A DNA stretch of 64,000 nt, taken from the IMG/VR virus record IMGVR_UViG_3300029305_004606, positions 1 through 64,000 of that record; one strand, given 5' to 3'. This DNA is from a virus. Lineage: Duplodnaviria > Caudoviricetes. A program made the translations under genes and the position numbers. This document shows positions 59,308 to 64,000 of the stretch, one piece after another; within the stretch, counting starts at the first letter, position 1; every line of letters starts with the position of its first letter. Below the pieces are notes generated by a model that ran no database searches, was not told where the DNA came from, and worked only from the letters and a program-made list of their open reading frames with translations.

Positions 59308-61533
59308 ATGGCAGGATTAGGATTTTCAGATAAGATAGCAGAGAATACTAAAAATCTCCAATCTATGGAACATATGTTGGGAAAAGGTCTTATGCAACCT
59401 TTTAATAACACAAATGCAGGATCAAGAAAGATAATGTTCTCAGTTCATAAAGAACATGTCTTTCCTCTTATGAGTGCTGAAAAAGCAATAATAGAAACTG
59501 GATATGAGATCAGATATGGTGATTATTCAAGTTCTATTACAAGAGCTGATACAGATTATATTGTAGTAGCAAAGATAAGCAAGTTTTCTTTTGCACCAAA
59601 TCATCATTATTGGTTGATTATTAGAGATACTAAATCTAATAAAATCGATGTTGTAGAAAGAATCTCATATCATTATGTAACAGAATCTTATGGATATCTC
59701 TATAATAATGAATATTTGGATTCTTTATCTATAGGAGATTATATACCTAACGGTCAAGTAGTTCAGAAATCTCTTGCATTCGATGAATATAATAATAGAG
59801 CCGATGGAGTAAACTTCAATGTTGCTTATATGGCTCTTGATGATAATATGGAAGACTCAATTGTTTGTTCAGAAGCAGCCCAAAGAAAATTAGTATCTCC
59901 ACTTGTAAAACCTGTAGAGATTACTATTAATGACAATGATATTCCGGTAAATCTTTATGGAAATGATAAGGTTTACAAAATCATTCCTGATATTGGAGAA
60001 GAAATTGTAGATGCAAATCTTATTGCTCTCCGTAAAGAGAAGAAAGAAGAATCATATTTTACTCAGTCTATTAATAACTTGAGCAAGATTATGATTTCTG
60101 ATGATAAAAAGAGAGTTCATGGTAGAGTTATCGATGTTAACGTATATTGTAACAATCCTGAGATTCTTGATTCTCATTATTATGCTCAAATTAAGATGTA
60201 TTATAATGAGCTTCACAGATATGCGAGAGAAATTGTACATGCAGTAACACCTCTTGTATCTGCTGGTTGTGATATGACTTATGAACTTGAGAAATTATTT
60301 GCCAATTGCAAACGTGTTATGAACAATGATATGTATATTGATAAGAGACCTTTCTCTAATATTATTCTTGAAGTGGATGTACTTGAAGAAAATATGATTG
60401 AAGCTGGAGACAAGATGTCTAACAGATATGGTGGTAAAGGCGTTATTTCTAAGATTCTTCCTATGGATCAGATGCCTAGATTTAAGAATGCTAGAGGTGA
60501 ATATGAATATCTCGATGTAATCTTCAATTCATCTACTATGATCAACCGCGAAAATACAGGACAGAACTTTGAATTATCATTGAACCATATTTCTGCAGAA
60601 ATTATCAATTATATAGTTGGTAATAACTTGAGCTTGGAAGAAGCTTATGGTTTGATTTATAAGTTTGTATCAATGTGTGCTCCAGAGCAGGCTGCTTATA
60701 TGGAAGAAAGAAGAAGATCTATGTCAAGAGACGAACTTATCTTCTATGTAGAATCAATTATCAATTCTGGTACTATTCATCTTAGTATCAAACCTATTTC
60801 TGAATCTATGGATATCGATAGACTCAGAGATATTTATGCAGCATTTCCATTTGTGCAGCAAAATCTTGTAGAGGTTCCTATTGAAGGTTCTGATGGAAGT
60901 ATCAGATATGTACCTGCAAGAAGAAGAATGGTAATTGGTAAGCAGTATATTTACAGATTAAAACAGTTTGCTGAAGAGAAGTTTTCTGCAACTTCATTGT
61001 CAGCAACTAATATCAGAAATGAAAATACAAAATCTAGAGTTAAGAAAGACTTTAGAGAATTGTATCCTAATACACCGATTAGATTTGGTAATATGGAAAC
61101 CAATAATATGGCTCATATCGGTGTAGAAGCTCTTATCTCTAATATGATGATTCATAGTTTATCTCCTCAGGGTAGAAGATTAGTAGAGCAGATGTATACT
61201 GGAGATCCGTTTAAGATTGATATTAAACTTAATAGTGATTCTAAGAATAGATCTGCAGAAATTGCTAATACTTATTTGAAGGCTATTGGTAGACGACTTA
61301 GATTTATCAAGAGAAAGAAGAACTTTTCACAAATTACTATTTCTCCTATTAGCTTTGACAGAGATCCTTATCAAAGACCAATTTCATTTGTTCCTAAAGA
61401 TCAAAGAGCAGGATTTGATTATGTGAAAGATTATGAAGAGAGACAGAAGTATGAAGAATTGAAGAAGAAAGCAGGTGCTTTTTCTCCGATTGAATTTGAA
61501 GGTATAGATACAAGGAGAGTTAAGGAGGATTAA
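59308..61533 (+). CDS. Phage RNA polymerase beta C-terminal subunit (probably non-virion RNAP)
   Basis: PFNNTNAGSRKIM, NMEDSI, GDKMSNRYGGKGVIS, RENTGQ, YRLKQFAEEK, IRFGNME. Confidence 0.9.
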   Translation: MAGLGFSDKIAENTKNLQSMEHMLGKGLMQPFNNTNAGSRKIMFSVHKEHVFPLMSAEKAIIETGYEIRYGDYSSSITRADTDYIVVAKISKFSFAPNHHYWLIIRDTKSNKIDVVERISYHYVTESYGYLYNNEYLDSLSIGDYIPNGQVVQKSLAFDEYNNRADGVNFNVAYMALDDNMEDSIVCSEAAQRKLVSPLVKPVEITINDNDIPVNLYGNDKVYKIIPDIGEEIVDANLIALRKEKKEESYFTQSINNLSKIMISDDKKRVHGRVIDVNVYCNNPEILDSHYYAQIKMYYNELHRYAREIVHAVTPLVSAGCDMTYELEKLFANCKRVMNNDMYIDKRPFSNIILEVDVLEENMIEAGDKMSNRYGGKGVISKILPMDQMPRFKNARGEYEYLDVIFNSSTMINRENTGQNFELSLNHISAEIINYIVGNNLSLEEAYGLIYKFVSMCAPEQAAYMEERRRSMSRDELIFYVESIINSGTIHLSIKPISESMDIDRLRDIYAAFPFVQQNLVEVPIEGSDGSIRYVPARRRMVIGKQYIYRLKQFAEEKFSATSLSATNIRNENTKSRVKKDFRELYPNTPIRFGNMETNNMAHIGVEALISNMMIHSLSPQGRRLVEQMYTGDPFKIDIKLNSDSKNRSAEIANTYLKAIGRRLRFIKRKKNFSQITISPISFDRDPYQRPISFVPKDQRAGFDYVKDYEERQKYEELKKKAGAFSPIEFEGIDTRRVKED

Positions 61534-61582
61534 TCCTCCTTAACTCTTTTTATTAATAATACCAGAAAGGATACTTTAAATC

Positions 61583-62194
61583 ATGAGAGTTATGATTAAC
61601 TTTTCAATTTTAACTCTTGGTACAGATGGTAATAGAATTAATAATATAATAAATACAAATTCTCAACTCCTACAATTTCAAAAGACTATTGTTGACTATA
61701 ATGATCAATATGCTTTGTCTACATATGACAAAAATACTATATTTGAAATTGCCAAGGATGTTGGGGATTTGGCAAATATATCGATGCAATCCGTAAAGCT
61801 TAAAGATTTTACTTTTTTCTACGAAGATTCGATTTGTTTTAAAGTTCAGGGTAGCAATATATACCAGCTGAATAATTTATCTGCTAATATTAACAAAGAA
61901 ACTATTATAAGAGGATTCAATATATCATTTCAGGAATATTTGGAGAGACAGATTATTACTGTAGAAGATTTTCGAAATGGTAATCTGACTGAAGATTTTA
62001 TTATATTGAATTTGTATGTTCTTGAAAAAGGAAAACCTTGTGCTGTAATAGAACCAGGTGAATTAAAAAGTAAATCTCCTCATCCTTGTTGGAATTTTGT
62101 TGCAAAATTAAGACGAAATGATTGCAGAAGATCTTTAAATGAAGAAGAATATACTGATGAAGATGATGAGAATTATAATGATGGCTGGATATAA
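61583..62194 (+). CDS. Hypothetical protein
   Basis: 203-aa ORF with RBS. Confidence 0.6.
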   Translation: MRVMINFSILTLGTDGNRINNIINTNSQLLQFQKTIVDYNDQYALSTYDKNTIFEIAKDVGDLANISMQSVKLKDFTFFYEDSICFKVQGSNIYQLNNLSANINKETIIRGFNISFQEYLERQIITVEDFRNGNLTEDFIILNLYVLEKGKPCAVIEPGELKSKSPHPCWNFVAKLRRNDCRRSLNEEEYTDEDDENYNDGWI

Positions 62195-62238
62195 TTTCTC
62201 ATAGTTATATATTATAAATATGAGAAAAGGAGGTTATT

Positions 62239-64000
62239 ATGAACAGTTTTGATTATTCGAAAATTCAAGATATATTGAATCATCTGTTAGCGAGAGATTT
62301 AAATATCATGACATCTGACAATATTAAATTTGTCAATGATTGTGCTATAAATTTATATCAGATTCCTTATATGAAATATACTCCATCTGATATTGATGGA
62401 TTAAAGAGTATATTAAGAATCTGTAATATCTTGTATAATAGGACTGACCTGAGAGTTCTTCCTATAGAAGATGGATTTTATGATTTGCTCTTAGAATTAT
62501 ATAAGAGATTTGATCCTAATTTTCAGGTTGGATCTGATGTTATAGATTTCGAGTCTGGTACAGATTTTACAACCGATATCGTTAAAAAAGAAATAATATG
62601 TCCAATTGAATTTGTGCCACCAAGAAAGAAAAAAGGTGATGATGATCTTAGAGATCATATATATAATGAAATTATTATGAAAGGAAAATCTACTCTGAAT
62701 AAGAGAGATTTTTATACTTCTCCAATTGAATTCGAAGCAGCTTATATTCCTAAGAGACTTCATAATATTGAACACAATCATCCAACTCTTGTTGGTACTT
62801 TAGATAAAGCAAAATTTGTATTAAATCAGGATGCTATAAATGCTGGTGTATTTAATGATCCGAATGTAAGTATACTAGAAAGAGATTTCTTTCAGGATCA
62901 TCTATCAAAAGGTATCTATGATAAAAATAGAGTAATTCATATTGTTTGTGAAATAAAGTATGATGGAATTTCTGTAGAAGGAGATTGTAATTTTACTCTT
63001 CAGTCTGCTAGATCAAGAGGAGATACAGGAATGGGAGCAGCAAGTGATATGACTCCTATATTGAAGGATTATATATTCAAAAATGCTGCTTGTATGATAG
63101 GCGAAGAACCTGTTGGAGTTAAGTTTGAAGCGATTATGACTAAATCTGATTTATATCGTTTCAATATAGCAAGAGGTAAGAATTATGCAAACTGTAGAAC
63201 AGCTATAGTTGGTCTCTTTGGTGCTAGTGATGCATATTTATATAGAGATTATATTACATTGGTTCCTCTTGCTTTGGACTTAGAACAATTTAATGCAACT
63301 CATCCTAATATTGCTATTACAGATAGATTATCTGAAATTGCTTTCATCAACAGTGTATTCACTTCTAATGGTGAACCTTTAAGATATTGTGTATTTAGCG
63401 GAACTGTTGGCGAAGTATTGTATTTGATAAAAATGTTTGTTGATGAGGCTAAGTATGCTAGAGATTTCTTAAACTTCATGTATGATGGAGTTGTAGTTAG
63501 TATTCTTGATGAAGATATTAGAATGACACTTGGTAGAAAGAATTTCATTAACAAATTCTCTATGGCTGTTAAATTTGATCCACTTGAAAAACAAACTACT
63601 TTTAGAGGATATACTTACGAAGTAGGTCAGCATGGAGATATTACACCTATGATTCATTATGATCCAGTAGAATTTAATGGAACTATTCATACAAAATCAA
63701 CTGGATCGTCTTTGAATAGATTCAAAGATCTTGGTCTTAGACCTGGAGAAATTATCAATGTAACTTATGTAAACGATGTAATGCCTTATGTAAGTAAATT
63801 GGATTGTGTACAAAACAGAGAAAACACCAATCCACCAATTCCATTCATTTCAGAGTGCCCTGTATGTGGTTCCAAACTTATGGAATCTACTTCTGGTAAA
63901 TCTGCATATTGTCCTAATCATGAATGTCCTGCAAGAACAGTGCAGAGAATGACAAATATGTTTGCTAAAATGAATATTAAGGGATTTGCTGCAGCTTCAT
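62239..64000 (+). CDS. ligA: NAD-dependent DNA ligase (3'-truncated by window; missing from ORF track)
   Basis: ATG at 62239 after AGGAGG; GTLDK, EIKYDG (adenylation Lys), SRGD, DGVV, AVKF, OB domain, CPVCGS...CPNHECPA zinc finger. Confidence 0.92.
   Translation, partial: MNSFDYSKIQDILNHLLARDLNIMTSDNIKFVNDCAINLYQIPYMKYTPSDIDGLKSILRICNILYNRTDLRVLPIEDGFYDLLLELYKRFDPNFQVGSDVIDFESGTDFTTDIVKKEIICPIEFVPPRKKKGDDDLRDHIYNEIIMKGKSTLNKRDFYTSPIEFEAAYIPKRLHNIEHNHPTLVGTLDKAKFVLNQDAINAGVFNDPNVSILERDFFQDHLSKGIYDKNRVIHIVCEIKYDGISVEGDCNFTLQSARSRGDTGMGAASDMTPILKDYIFKNAACMIGEEPVGVKFEAIMTKSDLYRFNIARGKNYANCRTAIVGLFGASDAYLYRDYITLVPLALDLEQFNATHPNIAITDRLSEIAFINSVFTSNGEPLRYCVFSGTVGEVLYLIKMFVDEAKYARDFLNFMYDGVVVSILDEDIRMTLGRKNFINKFSMAVKFDPLEKQTTFRGYTYEVGQHGDITPMIHYDPVEFNGTIHTKSTGSSLNRFKDLGLRPGEIINVTYVNDVMPYVSKLDCVQNRENTNPPIPFISECPVCGSKLMESTSGKSAYCPNHECPARTVQRMTNMFAKMNIKGFAAAS

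Noticed and set aside
569-63690. Numerous short overlapping or antisense ORFs (e.g. 569-757, 17939-18274, 20447-20668, 50648-50839, 62497-62781, 63300-63554)
   Set aside because: Shadow frames of real genes, tRNAs or repeats, with no RBS and biased composition.
1-64000. Site-specific recombinase and constant fibre N-terminus for the cassette system
   Set aside because: No ORF with tyrosine (R-H-R-Y) or serine recombinase motifs and no start-bearing fibre gene recognised. They are presumably outside the window, so the mechanism remains inferred.
4221-64000. Introns or inteins in RNAP, helicase, gyrase or ligase genes
   Set aside because: Frames are continuous and of expected size, with no intein terminal motifs or embedded endonucleases seen.
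1-64000. Alternative genetic code (stop-codon reassignment)
   Set aside because: Conserved enzymes are full length under code 11, and TAA, TAG and TGA all end genes.

Overview
Very AT-rich, densely coded segment of a jumbo bacteriophage of the phiKZ/AR9(PBS1)-like lineage. The host is probably Clostridia/Lachnospiraceae, judged from lysin and tail-fibre motifs (inference). The window encodes split subunits of two multisubunit RNA polymerases, a DnaB helicase, an SbcD-like nuclease, SF1 and SF2 helicases, GyrB/GyrA-type topoisomerase II, RecA/UvsX, an NAD-dependent ligase (runs off the end and is absent from the ORF track), a two-catalytic-domain lysin, tRNA-Asn and an aberrant tRNA-like RNA. 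The main discovery is in the first ~20 kb: nine start-less tail-fibre C-terminal cassettes on both strands. Each begins in frame at an invariant 11-bp site TAATGATTTAG (peptide N-D-L), and two pairs sit back-to-back in 32-bp inverted repeats. This looks like a dispersed shufflon-type receptor-switching system with core genes (virion RNAP, lysin) riding inside the segments. The constant fibre N-terminus and the recombinase are not visible in this window. Other notable signals: a short peptide tag (xPI[E/S/T]F) repeated in the tails of several replication/transcription enzymes, a tRNA-like RNA whose anticodon loop is replaced by a self-complementary kissing-loop sequence, and two phage promoter classes. 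All family assignments are from motif recognition by eye; no database searches were run.
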